Shown here piece after piece: positions 9,064 to 18,752 of a stretch of 64,000 nt of DNA (its first letter is position 1; the number at the start of each line of letters is the position of its first letter). Location of the stretch: the sequence record SRR20825019_235; one strand, 5' to 3'. Below the pieces are notes generated by a model. It searched no databases, was not told the DNA's origin, and saw only the letters and a list, made by a program, of their open reading frames with translations. A program made the position numbers and the translations under genes.

Positions 9064-10008
9064 ATGAAAAAAACTTTACTTTTTAGTGCCTTAGCGTTGT
9101 CCACTGTTAGTTTTGGACAAATGCAAATTGGAAATAGCGACATGGAACTTTGGGAAACTGTGGCGAGTAGTCAAGAGCCCGTAAACTGGAATAGCTTTCT
9201 TACAGCTCAAGGTGGTTTTTCAGGATTTGCTGCAAATCAAATTGAATCTTCTTCAAGCGTTAGACCTGGAAGTGCAGGAACTAAATCTGCAAGAATTTGG
9301 ACAAGAGACGCAGGCTTTAACGTTAAAGCGAATGGAAACTTGACTGTAGGTAGAGTTAATATGGGAAGCGCAACACCAACGAATGCAGCAAACTACAATA
9401 TTTCGTTAACAGCGGATCCAGATTTTTCGGAAACACTCACAGATACCCCAGACTCTATTGTTTTTTGGGCAAAATACACTCCAATAGGCAGTGGATCGAA
9501 AGCGAGAGTTAAAGCAACATTGCACGATAACTACGATTACCGTGACCCAGAAGATGCAACGTCTGCAACGCACGTAGTAGCAATCGCGGAATTAAATTAC
9601 GGAACAACGGCTGGTGCTTGGCAACGCTTTTCAATTCCTTTTAGTTATACAGGACCTGCTTCTGGAAATACACACATTTTGGTCACTTTTACGACTAACA
9701 TGACAGCTGGAGGAGGAGACATAAACGATGAAGTATTGATAGACGACGTAATGTTGGTCTACAATGTAGGTTCACTTGATGAAACTTCTGAGGAAGATTT
9801 TAAAGTTTTCGTAAACAACACTACGAATGAACTTGTTTTTGATCAAAAAATCCAAGATGGAACTTATGCTGTTTACAATGGACTTGGACAGTTAATTCAA
9901 TCCGGGAAAGTAGAGAATAACGTAAGTTTCGAAGAGAAAAGCGGAATTTACTTTGTACATGTTCTTACAAAAGACAAAACGCTTGCGTTCGAAGTATTCA
10001 AGAAATAA
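9064..10008 (+). CDS. Secreted PCMD-like carbohydrate-binding protein with T9SS C-terminal domain
   Basis: Signal peptide ending FGQ; N.D.E.W...EP.NW and PDSIVFWAKY; CTD YNGLGQLI...SGIYFV. Confidence 0.75.
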   Translation: MKKTLLFSALALSTVSFGQMQIGNSDMELWETVASSQEPVNWNSFLTAQGGFSGFAANQIESSSSVRPGSAGTKSARIWTRDAGFNVKANGNLTVGRVNMGSATPTNAANYNISLTADPDFSETLTDTPDSIVFWAKYTPIGSGSKARVKATLHDNYDYRDPEDATSATHVVAIAELNYGTTAGAWQRFSIPFSYTGPASGNTHILVTFTTNMTAGGGDINDEVLIDDVMLVYNVGSLDETSEEDFKVFVNNTTNELVFDQKIQDGTYAVYNGLGQLIQSGKVENNVSFEEKSGIYFVHVLTKDKTLAFEVFKK

Positions 10009-10030
10009 TCTCAAAAAAACTATTTTTAGG

Positions 10031-10060
10031 GGCTGAACGAATGAGTTCAGCCTTTTTTTT
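10031..10060 (+). terminator. Rho-independent terminator
   Basis: GGCTGAAC-gaatga-GTTCAGCC followed by T8. Confidence 0.85.
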
Positions 10061-10068
10061 GCTTTGAT

Positions 10069-12471
10069 ATGAAAACACTTCTACTGCTAATACTTCTTTT
10101 TTCTACGGTTTCTGTTGGGCACGCTCAAGAAGGAATGATCACTGGAAAAGTAAGAGATGAACAAGGAAATTTTTTAATTGGAGCTTCCGTGATTTATCGA
10201 AAAGATGTAACGATTGGAGCGAGTTCAGACGAGAATGGAGACTATACGTTGAAATTACCTGTTGGTGAAGCGAGAATCGTTTGCAGAGCAACTGGGATGA
10301 TTTCTGATACTTTTTTAATTCGAGTTTTTGACGGGCAAACTGTCGTTAGAGACATTGTTTTAAAGCAGTTTGTACAAGAAATTGAAGGAGTCGAGGTGAA
10401 AGTGGGAAAGTTTGATCGACCGCTGGAGGATCAAACGGTTTCCATGGAAATTATTCGGCCAGAACTTATCGAGAATAAAAACACACGAAGCATAGAAACA
10501 GCACTTGATCAAACGCCTGGATTAAACATTTTGGATGGTGAACCGCAAATTCGAGGAGGTAGCGGATTTACATTTGGGGTTGGATCGAAGGTCGCAGTAA
10601 TTGTGGATGATATGCCCATGCTTTCTGGAGATGCAGGAAGACCAGAATGGGGATTCATTCCAGTAGAAAATATTCACCAAATTGAAGTTGTTAAAGGAGC
10701 ATCTTCTGTGTTAGCTGGAAGTTCCGCACTTTCTGGAATGATTCATATCAGAACGGCATATCCGCAACTAAAGCCAAAAACAAAGGTGAATGTCTATTCT
10801 GGATTTTACTCAGAACCCTCTGTAGAAGGAGCAACATGGTGGAAAAACCCTCCGCTGATTTCTGGAGCGAATTTTTTGCATTCAAGAATGATTAAAAATC
10901 TTGATGTTGTGATAGGTGGAAACATCAATTATGATCACGGTTATATTGGAGCACCAGTTACCGATACTTTGGTTTATCCAGACACGATTTCAAATTTCAG
11001 CGAATCTCAAATGGCAATGAAAAGAGCGCGCTTCAACTTCAATTTGCGTTACAGATCAAAGCGATTTAAAGGATTGAATTACGGGATGAATGGAAACGTA
11101 ATGTATTCTCAATCAAACCTGGCGTTCGCATGGCTGAACGACTCTTCTGGACTTTATCGTGCTTATCCTGGAGCGGTGTTTTTACAAAATCAATTCATTT
11201 TTAACCTTGATCCTTATTTGAATTTTTTCACCGAAACAGATGGAAAACATCATTTTAGAATGCGTTTGTTGCATGCTGATAACGAGTTAACAGCCAATCA
11301 ATCCAATCGAGCAACGACATATTATGGAGACTACATGTTTCAAAAATCCTATCCTTTGCTCGTCGATTTCGACTTTATCGGTGGTTTAACAGGAACTTTC
11401 ACCAATTCATTCGCCAATTTGTACGCTGGTTCTGGAAGTCCAAACAACCAAATGCTCAATATTTCTGCATATTCCCAAATTGAAAAGAAATTCAAGAAAA
11501 CGCTAAATACATCCATCGGTGGAAGATTAGAATATTATGAGTTGAATGATTCTGTAACAGCACTGAAACCGATTTTCCGCGCTGGTTCGAGCATTAAACT
11601 GTATCAAGAAACCTATTTGCGCGCGTCTTACGGACAAGGATATCGTTTTCCAACAATCACCGAACGATTTATTCGCACGGGAGTTGGAAATTTCGGTGTT
11701 TTTCCAAACCCGAATTTACAGCCTGAGAGCAGTTGGAATGGCGAAGTCGGAATCAAGCAAGGCGTTAAATTCGGGAAGATTTATGGCTACATCGACATTG
11801 CAGGATTTTGGCAAGAATATCAGAATACGATAGAGTATTTGTTTGGTTTTTGGGGCGACCCAACCATTGATCCAACTCAAATTTTCGGTTTCAAGTTCAT
11901 TAATACAGGGAATTCGCGCGTATTGGGAATCGACGCTTCATTTTCTGGAAAAGCAAAAATTGGAAAGAATTCTGAAATGGTGTTCATGACTGGCTATAAT
12001 TACATTGTCCCAACAACGCTAAACCCAGGATTGGTATACGCCGTTGACGGAATTGAACGGGAATATAGTTACAATTCGACCTCGTATGATTCTACAAGTG
12101 GGATTCTCAAGTACCGATTTTTACACAATGTAAAAGCAGATGTAGAAGTTACGTTTAGAAAGAAACTCTCCATCGGAATCAGTGCAAAGTATTTCAGTAA
12201 GATCATCAATATGGATGGTGTGATCAAAGAATTTGAAGATGCAACAGTGGGGCCTTACGTTCAGAATATTCGCTTCGTTGATTATTTTAAAGAACATCAA
12301 TTCGGAAACTGGATTTTCGATGCGAGAATAGCGTACAATGTGAACGAAATACACAAAATAGCGCTAATCGGGTCGAATATTCTCAATCGATCATATTCTC
12401 TCAGACCCTTGAAAATAGAGCCGCCAAGGTCTATTATGTTCCAATACACGTTTAAATTAGATAAGAATTAA
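10069..12471 (+). CDS. TonB-dependent receptor with N-terminal CarboxypepD_reg-like domain
   Basis: ITGKVRD..LIGASV; plug motif ENIHQIEVVKGASS; NPNLQPESSWNGEVG. Confidence 0.9.
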   Translation: MKTLLLLILLFSTVSVGHAQEGMITGKVRDEQGNFLIGASVIYRKDVTIGASSDENGDYTLKLPVGEARIVCRATGMISDTFLIRVFDGQTVVRDIVLKQFVQEIEGVEVKVGKFDRPLEDQTVSMEIIRPELIENKNTRSIETALDQTPGLNILDGEPQIRGGSGFTFGVGSKVAVIVDDMPMLSGDAGRPEWGFIPVENIHQIEVVKGASSVLAGSSALSGMIHIRTAYPQLKPKTKVNVYSGFYSEPSVEGATWWKNPPLISGANFLHSRMIKNLDVVIGGNINYDHGYIGAPVTDTLVYPDTISNFSESQMAMKRARFNFNLRYRSKRFKGLNYGMNGNVMYSQSNLAFAWLNDSSGLYRAYPGAVFLQNQFIFNLDPYLNFFTETDGKHHFRMRLLHADNELTANQSNRATTYYGDYMFQKSYPLLVDFDFIGGLTGTFTNSFANLYAGSGSPNNQMLNISAYSQIEKKFKKTLNTSIGGRLEYYELNDSVTALKPIFRAGSSIKLYQETYLRASYGQGYRFPTITERFIRTGVGNFGVFPNPNLQPESSWNGEVGIKQGVKFGKIYGYIDIAGFWQEYQNTIEYLFGFWGDPTIDPTQIFGFKFINTGNSRVLGIDASFSGKAKIGKNSEMVFMTGYNYIVPTTLNPGLVYAVDGIEREYSYNSTSYDSTSGILKYRFLHNVKADVEVTFRKKLSIGISAKYFSKIINMDGVIKEFEDATVGPYVQNIRFVDYFKEHQFGNWIFDARIAYNVNEIHKIALIGSNILNRSYSLRPLKIEPPRSIMFQYTFKLDKN

Positions 12472-12494
12472 TTGCGGTCTTCCGAAGATTGCGT

Positions 12495-12502
12495 TACTTT
12501 TG
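12495..12502 (+). promoter_or_regulatory. -7 promoter element (TACTTTTG) ahead of the riboswitch
   Basis: TAnnTTTG match immediately 5' of the aptamer. Confidence 0.65.
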
Positions 12503-12507
12503 CCCCG

Positions 12508-12682
12508 ATATTGGTTTTCAACCTTCAAAAAAGGAAGAATTAATAAGGAATCCGGTTAAAATCCGGAACTGTATCTGCAGCTGTAAGCACTGTACGTTTT
12601 TTTCAAAAATGTCACTGTTTGTAAAATGACAAATGGGAAGGCGAAAAAAATAAGGTGTAAGTCAGAATACTTGCCTGTATCA
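12508..12682 (+). ncRNA. Cobalamin riboswitch
   Basis: AAGGAATCCGGTTAAAATCCGGAACTGTATCTGCAGCTGTAA (12545-12586), GTCACTG (12611), GGGAAGG (12635), B12 box AAGTCAGAATACTTGCC (12659-12675); upstream of btuB-like genes. Confidence 0.93.
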
Positions 12683-12807
12683 TATTTAAAGAAGACTTCA
12701 GAATAAAGTCCGATTTAGACTAGTCTCAATTTATTGAGATTGATCTTTTCGTATCCTAAACTGATTTCTTCACGATTAACTTTTTTAACAATTTAAACGT
12801 TGATGCG

Positions 12808-13779
12808 ATGAAGAAAATGTATGCATTAGTTGGAGCTATTATGCTCACGGCCTCGATCCAGGCTCAAAACACGATCACTTTTGAATCTATGACTTTAGCT
12901 CCAGAGAGCTATGACATGGGCCAAACGGCTGGTGGAGAATTTGTTTTTTCGGGAGTTAGTTTCTCAAACAATTACACGTATGATTCGACGTGGAATTACG
13001 ATTATTTCAACGGATTTGCCATTTCAAATGTTACCGATAACACAACTACAGGTGAACAATTTGGAAGTTTCACAGGAAGTGGACATAATGGTTCGAGTAA
13101 TTTTGCAGTTTGTTACACGCCAGGAGAAATCAATACAGGATCGGCTGATGTTGGGATAGATAGCTTTTTCGTTACAAATAATACCTACGCGGGAATTTCA
13201 ATGCGTGACGGGGATATGTTTGCTAAGCAGTTTGGTTCGCCGAACAATGCAGCAGGAAGTCCTGATGGAACAAACGGAGAGGATTTTTTCAAATTAACTG
13301 TTTACGGTGAAAGTTTTGATGGAACTGAACTTGATTCCGTTGAAATTTATTTGGCGGATTTTAGATTTGCAAATAACGCACAAGATTACATTTTGGATAC
13401 GTGGGAAAAAGTTGATTTTTCAGCATTTTCATTCACAGTTTCTAGCGTTTATTTCGCACTCGAATCGTCAGATGTTGGGAGTTTTGGAATGAACACACCA
13501 AGTTATTTTGCGTTGGATGATGTAGCAACATCGTCGTATGCAAGTGTGCCAACGAATAATTTGTTAGCAGTTCAAGCTTTTCCAAATCCAATGGAGAACA
13601 CATTAGTAGTTAAAGGAGAAATGGGCGATTTGACAATCGTTGACGCTTCAGGAAAATTGATGTATTCAGGTGAGCATTCGGTTCAATCTACGATTGATGT
13701 TTCTAATTTCATGGGCGGAATTTATTTCGTTAAACTTCAAAATGCGCAAGGATCATTTACTCAGAAATTGGTAAAATAA
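12808..13779 (+). CDS. DUF4465 (BtuJ-like) protein with T9SS C-terminal domain; probable cobalamin-binding protein
   Basis: GFAISN, VTNNTYA..SM.DGD.FAK.FG, D.FKLT..G, YLADFR, W..VD, SSDVG.FGMNTPSYFALDD; CTD FPNP...GIYFVKL...TQKLVK; signal peptide without Cys. Confidence 0.85.
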   Translation: MKKMYALVGAIMLTASIQAQNTITFESMTLAPESYDMGQTAGGEFVFSGVSFSNNYTYDSTWNYDYFNGFAISNVTDNTTTGEQFGSFTGSGHNGSSNFAVCYTPGEINTGSADVGIDSFFVTNNTYAGISMRDGDMFAKQFGSPNNAAGSPDGTNGEDFFKLTVYGESFDGTELDSVEIYLADFRFANNAQDYILDTWEKVDFSAFSFTVSSVYFALESSDVGSFGMNTPSYFALDDVATSSYASVPTNNLLAVQAFPNPMENTLVVKGEMGDLTIVDASGKLMYSGEHSVQSTIDVSNFMGGIYFVKLQNAQGSFTQKLVK

Positions 13780-13800
13780 TCCAGTGGGACTTTGCGAAAT

Positions 13801-15795
13801 ATGCATAAATATTTAATCCTCCTGTTGCCATTTTTCGGAGTGGCACAGGAGGATTCTGTTAAATTATTGGAGCAGCAATTGCCCGAAGTTGAAGTGAGTG
13901 TTCAGTACCTAAGAATGATCGTTCGAATTCCACAAGCAGAACACACGCATTTGAGTAGAAAAGCAATAGATGAACTTCAACCTCAGGATGTTGGCGAATT
14001 ATTGCAAAAAGTAGAGGGGACTTCTCTAAAGTCTTACGGTGGTTTAGGTGGATTGAAAACAATTTCCGTTCGAGGACTGGGGAGTCAACACACCGCGATT
14101 TCGGTAGATGGGTTTTCCCTAAACGATCAACAAACAGGTCAAGTAAACCTTGGTCAGATTCAAACGGACAACATTCAGCAAATCCTCATTGGGACGGGGA
14201 ATATTCCAAGATTTCAGAGTTTGTTGCCTGTTTCCTCCCAAATAATGGGGAGTTTACTGCTCATAGAAACGTTTGAAAATAGTTTTTCGACTGACACATT
14301 CTCAGCGCGCGCAGCTATTCGTTACGGTTCATTCGATCAAGTCGATGGGTATGGAAGTTTGAAATTTAGTCAACCAAAATACTTTGTGAGCGGCTTTGGG
14401 AAATACCGAACGGCAGAAGGAAGTTACAAGTACAGCATAGCCAATGGAAATCAACCGATAAAAGGAATTCGATCAAATTCCGAGTATACGGACTACTATT
14501 ATGGTGCATCAGCTGGATTTAAGATCAATGATTTATTTACTATTCGAGCTGGATTTAATCGCAAATCAATTGACCAAGAGTTGCCAGGTGCAGTGATTTA
14601 TTATAACAGCACTGCGGATGAAAAACTCTTCACAAACGCAGCGCGCTATTTCGGAGATTTAACCTTCAATTCAAAACATAATCGAACAGGAGTGAGGCTT
14701 TATTCGTCTTTTGATGATAATTCTCTTCGTTACCTTGATCCAACTTTTTTAAATAACTCAGGAGGAATTGATCGTACTTATCTGAACAAATCATTGAATA
14801 CAGGTATTGTAGCCTTTTATCATTATTCCGATCGACTCACATTTAATGTTGGAGTGGAAGAAAATGTAGGAACACTTGCCACAACCGATAGCACATTTGC
14901 ACGTCCCGAACGATATCAGAGCATAGCGATAATCGGTTTTACGGCAGGTTTAGCCCGTCGTTTAACGTTAACAGCAAGTGCTTCTGGACAGTTTGTGAAT
15001 GAGATCAATCACAATGGACAAAAAGCGGATGCTCAGCAAGCGCTAAATCCCTTTATTTCTCTAAAAACCACGGAACTCGGAAGGAAACTCTGGAGACACA
15101 CTCTTTGGTATAAGAATTCATTTCGGATGCCATCTTTCAACGAGCTTTATTACAACAATATTGGAAATAAACACCTCGAACCAGAAAAAGCCCACCAATT
15201 CAACTATGGAATTTCAGTTGTGCCAATTGAGAAGAGGTTGAAAATTACCATGAGAGCAAATGCTTTTTACAATCGCGTTTCGAATAAAATTGTTGCAATA
15301 CCCACGCAAAACTTGTTCGTTTGGTCAATTCAGAACCTAGGCGAAGTAGAAGCATTTGGCGGCGAATTCGTTTCTAATTTCCGTTACAAACTGACAGAAA
15401 AATTTAAGCTTGGTGTAGATGCGAATTATACACTGCAGAGAACATTAGATATCACCAATGAAAAGGGACCGACTTACAAACACCAAGTAGCCTATATTCC
15501 CGTTCATACTGCAAATGCAGACCTCACGTTGAATTATGCCAAATCGGGAATCAGAATCAGTAATTACTTCGTGTCCAAGCGGTACTCGTTAAATCAAAAT
15601 ATTGTGGCAAATGAGGTTCAAGGCTTTATTATTTCCGATATTAGTGCTTATCATTCGATTAAGTTGAAATCAAAGCAAAGATTACAGGCACAATTGAGTG
15701 TGAAGAATGTGTTTAATACTTCCTATGCGTACGTTAGATCGTACATTATGCCTGGAAGAAATTTTATAATATCATTAAGTTATGCGTTTAATTAG
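13801..15795 (+). CDS. btuB: TonB-dependent cobalamin receptor
   Basis: KSYGGLGGLKTISVRGLGSQHTAI..DG...D.QTGQV.LG plug; C-terminal MPGRNF; riboswitch context. Start may be TTG 13792. Confidence 0.85.
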   Translation: MHKYLILLLPFFGVAQEDSVKLLEQQLPEVEVSVQYLRMIVRIPQAEHTHLSRKAIDELQPQDVGELLQKVEGTSLKSYGGLGGLKTISVRGLGSQHTAISVDGFSLNDQQTGQVNLGQIQTDNIQQILIGTGNIPRFQSLLPVSSQIMGSLLLIETFENSFSTDTFSARAAIRYGSFDQVDGYGSLKFSQPKYFVSGFGKYRTAEGSYKYSIANGNQPIKGIRSNSEYTDYYYGASAGFKINDLFTIRAGFNRKSIDQELPGAVIYYNSTADEKLFTNAARYFGDLTFNSKHNRTGVRLYSSFDDNSLRYLDPTFLNNSGGIDRTYLNKSLNTGIVAFYHYSDRLTFNVGVEENVGTLATTDSTFARPERYQSIAIIGFTAGLARRLTLTASASGQFVNEINHNGQKADAQQALNPFISLKTTELGRKLWRHTLWYKNSFRMPSFNELYYNNIGNKHLEPEKAHQFNYGISVVPIEKRLKITMRANAFYNRVSNKIVAIPTQNLFVWSIQNLGEVEAFGGEFVSNFRYKLTEKFKLGVDANYTLQRTLDITNEKGPTYKHQVAYIPVHTANADLTLNYAKSGIRISNYFVSKRYSLNQNIVANEVQGFIISDISAYHSIKLKSKQRLQAQLSVKNVFNTSYAYVRSYIMPGRNFIISLSYAFN

Positions 15796-16825
15796 TTTAG
15801 TTATTGTTCTCATTGTTTTAGTAGGTTGTAAGAAGAAGGACGATCCTGAAAATGATATTGCATTGAATAATGGGATGCTCGTTTTGACTGAGGGGCTTTT
15901 TCAACAGAATAATTCGGCGTTGGGATTTGTGAACTTTACGAATTCATCGAGCATTACGTCATTTTTTCAAGCGAAGAACAATCGACCATTAGGAGATACA
16001 GGAAATGACCTTCAACGATACGGAGGTAAAATTTACATCGTTGTAAATGTATCAAGTACGATAGAAGTGATTTCTGCTAAGACAGGAAATTCGATCAAGC
16101 AAATTGAAATGGTTGCGGGTGGTGTGGCAAAACAGCCAAGATCAATAGCGTTCAGCAATGGAAAAGCCTATGTAACGTGTTATGATGGTTTTGTAGATGT
16201 GATTGACACTAATTCATTTAATATTCTTCAGCGGATTCCTGTGGGATCAAACCCTGAGGGATTGGTCGTTGCGAATAACAGATTGTTTGTCGCTAATTCT
16301 GGTGGATTAAATTTCCCGAATGTGGACTCTACGGTTTCAGTTATTGATTTGGCTACAAACACAGAAATTCAAAAAGTCGTGGTTGGAAAAAACCCTGGGG
16401 ATATTGAGGTTGATGTAGCAGGAGACGTATATGTTATCTCAAGAGGAGATTACGGATCAATTCCTTCGCGAATGCATCGAATTAACTCCACAACTATGGT
16501 GAAAGAGGAAACGTATCCTTTTGACGCTTCCGAAATAAGTATTTTCAACTTTAATTTTTTGATTTCGTATTCGGCTGGAGGAACTCAAGGCGTTGCTCTT
16601 TTTAATCCAGGTACGGAGGTTCTAGTAAATCCAAATTATATAGATGTTTCGAATGTTCAAACGGTTTACGAAGTTGCGTACAATGAATTCAAGGATAGAA
16701 TCTATATTGCTGATGCAATGGATTATACGGTTACGGGATTTGTTCACGAATATGAGAGCTCAGGATCGTTCATTAAAAGTTTCGGAGTAGGTCTGAACCC
16801 TTCAAAAATGGTCTTCCTAAAGTAA
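15782..16825 (+). CDS. btuG: YncE-like beta-propeller surface lipoprotein, BtuG-like B12-binding protein
   Basis: Lipobox LVGC; EG.F..NN, F...N.R.LGDTGND, KIYIVVNVSSTIEVI; overlaps btuB stop. Confidence 0.85.
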   Translation: MRLISLVIVLIVLVGCKKKDDPENDIALNNGMLVLTEGLFQQNNSALGFVNFTNSSSITSFFQAKNNRPLGDTGNDLQRYGGKIYIVVNVSSTIEVISAKTGNSIKQIEMVAGGVAKQPRSIAFSNGKAYVTCYDGFVDVIDTNSFNILQRIPVGSNPEGLVVANNRLFVANSGGLNFPNVDSTVSVIDLATNTEIQKVVVGKNPGDIEVDVAGDVYVISRGDYGSIPSRMHRINSTTMVKEETYPFDASEISIFNFNFLISYSAGGTQGVALFNPGTEVLVNPNYIDVSNVQTVYEVAYNEFKDRIYIADAMDYTVTGFVHEYESSGSFIKSFGVGLNPSKMVFLK

Positions 16826-16827
16826 GA

Positions 16828-17406
16828 ATGACAAAGTTGAACGACGAATATTGGAATCAACGTTATCTTGAAAACAATACAGGGTGGGATTTAGGAGCGC
16901 CATCTCCTGCAATTCAATCGTATTTTGATCAAGTAGAAGATAAAACGTTGAAAATTCTTATTCCTGGTGCTGGAAACGGGCACGATGTGAACGCTCTATT
17001 TGAAAAAGGATTTACGAATGTTCATATACTCGATTATGCAGATCTTCCTGTTAAAGAGTTTTTAGAACGTCATCCAAATTTCCCTAAAAATCAATCACAT
17101 GTTGAAGATTTCTTTATGCACGAAGGAGATTACGACATAATTGTTGAGCAAACGCTTTTTTGCGCGATTGATCCAGCGCTAAGAGAAAACTACGCTAAAA
17201 AAGCATCCAGTTTATTGCGCCCAAAGGGAAAGTTGGTTGGACTACTTTTTAATCGTTCGTTTGATGATGGTCCACCATTCGGAGGAAACAAGGAAGAATA
17301 TCTCACGCATTTCAATAAATTCTTTTCAGAAATAAAAATGGAAGAGTGCTACAATTCTGTTGAGCCTCGAAAAGGATCAGAATTGTTTATTCAACTTACA
17401 AAGTAA
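16828..17406 (+). CDS. Thiopurine S-methyltransferase / halide methyltransferase family
   Basis: YW..RY....TGWDLG.PSP, ILIPGAGNGHD, EQTLFCAIDP, GPPFGG. Confidence 0.9.
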   Translation: MTKLNDEYWNQRYLENNTGWDLGAPSPAIQSYFDQVEDKTLKILIPGAGNGHDVNALFEKGFTNVHILDYADLPVKEFLERHPNFPKNQSHVEDFFMHEGDYDIIVEQTLFCAIDPALRENYAKKASSLLRPKGKLVGLLFNRSFDDGPPFGGNKEEYLTHFNKFFSEIKMEECYNSVEPRKGSELFIQLTK

Positions 17407-17412
17407 ACGTAA

Positions 17413-18105
17413 TTATTGTCCGTTTTTCGGTTGCTTGTAACGTTTGTTTCCATGCGCCCACTTGCTCTTTTTTCTCCCGAAATCGCCATTGCTTTTCTTA
17501 GAGGAACCGAATCTAAATACAAGTCCAGCGGAGTATTGCAAGTAGTTGGCATGAGTATCCCAAACAGCAGGATAAACGGCAAAATTAGAAGTTGCATTTA
17601 ATCGAACTCCAAAACTATTCACAATCCAAAAATTAACTCCTGCACCAGCGTTTACTGTAGGCACGTGTGCTTCAGCTCCCGCAGATCGATATGTGTAACC
17701 AATTCCAAGGGTCACATAAGGATCAATCCATCTAGCTCTTGGAGCGTACATATTGTAAAAGCTGAACTTTCCTGACAAACTAGTATTCACGAATGTTGCA
17801 GAAACGTTTGTAGAATCATTAATTATCCTGCCAGATTCATACTGCATGTATGATCCTGAAAACTCGGCACTCCATCCATATTTGAAGTAACGATCTACTG
17901 TAAGTTGTGTCGGATAGGGAAGTAAATTCCATGAATTTTGAACATCAAAAAGCTTTCCGAATTTGTCTCCATTGTCATCAATAGCGGTCCAGTGAACTCC
18001 GATCATCCATTTATATGGCTTAAAAACCCCAATTGTTTTATATGGTTGAGCGAAAATAGTGCTCGTAGTGAAAACAAATAGAATTAACGAAAGGTAGTTT
18101 TTCAT
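17413..18105 (-). CDS. Outer-membrane beta-barrel protein (OmpA-like TM domain)
   Basis: Signal peptide; alternating aromatic strands (DPYVTLGIGY, GAGVNFW, YSAGLVFRF); TATATTTG promoter at 18123-18130. Confidence 0.7.
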   Translation of the reverse strand: MKNYLSLILFVFTTSTIFAQPYKTIGVFKPYKWMIGVHWTAIDDNGDKFGKLFDVQNSWNLLPYPTQLTVDRYFKYGWSAEFSGSYMQYESGRIINDSTNVSATFVNTSLSGKFSFYNMYAPRARWIDPYVTLGIGYTYRSAGAEAHVPTVNAGAGVNFWIVNSFGVRLNATSNFAVYPAVWDTHANYLQYSAGLVFRFGSSKKSNGDFGRKKSKWAHGNKRYKQPKNGQ

Positions 18106-18155
18106 AGAGTAAGTGTATACGACAAATATAATTCAATTAGAGTAAATTGAAACAG

Positions 18156-18752
18156 CTAATGCAAATTGATGTATTTCTCTCCAGCATTAATTGGAATGAT
18201 CAGTGTGTTTTCTTCAGGAGGAATTGGACACGAGTAACGCACTGAATAAGCGCAGTATGGATTATAGGCCAAGTTGAAATCTATGAGCATTTCTGAGTTA
18301 TTAGAAATACGTAAATCAAGGTATCGTCCACCGCCGTATGTATCCGTCTTTGAGGTTGAATCCCTAAAAGGTAAGAACAAATAGTCTTTAAATTCAACCT
18401 GCTTTTTAAGTGAAAGGTTTTGATAAATAGTTAACCGATGTGATTCACCGTTTAAAACAAAATCGACATATCCATATCTTCGATACATAACCTTGCGCTC
18501 TGTGGAAGTAGGCATTTCGAATTTTCTTCCTTTAGATTTCGTGAACTTCGCAACGAGTTGATATTCTGCATCGAAAGGGAAATAATCTAAACCATGAAAA
18601 TCAGCTAATTCTTCTTGAGAAAGAATCGAGTTTGTAGAATCGAGTAATTCATTCAGATGATCTTCTCTAAGCTGGAGAATTTCTTGCTCAGTCTTTTGAG
18701 AAAGCGAAACATTCACGCTAAGTAAAATACCAAGGAGCAGGACTAGTTTCAT
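18156..18752 (-). CDS. DUF1684 family protein
   Basis: LFLPFRD.T....TYGGGRYLD, IDFNLAYNPYCAY..RYSCPIPP.EN. Confidence 0.92.
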   Translation of the reverse strand: MKLVLLLGILLSVNVSLSQKTEQEILQLREDHLNELLDSTNSILSQEELADFHGLDYFPFDAEYQLVAKFTKSKGRKFEMPTSTERKVMYRRYGYVDFVLNGESHRLTIYQNLSLKKQVEFKDYLFLPFRDSTSKTDTYGGGRYLDLRISNNSEMLIDFNLAYNPYCAYSVRYSCPIPPEENTLIIPINAGEKYINLH

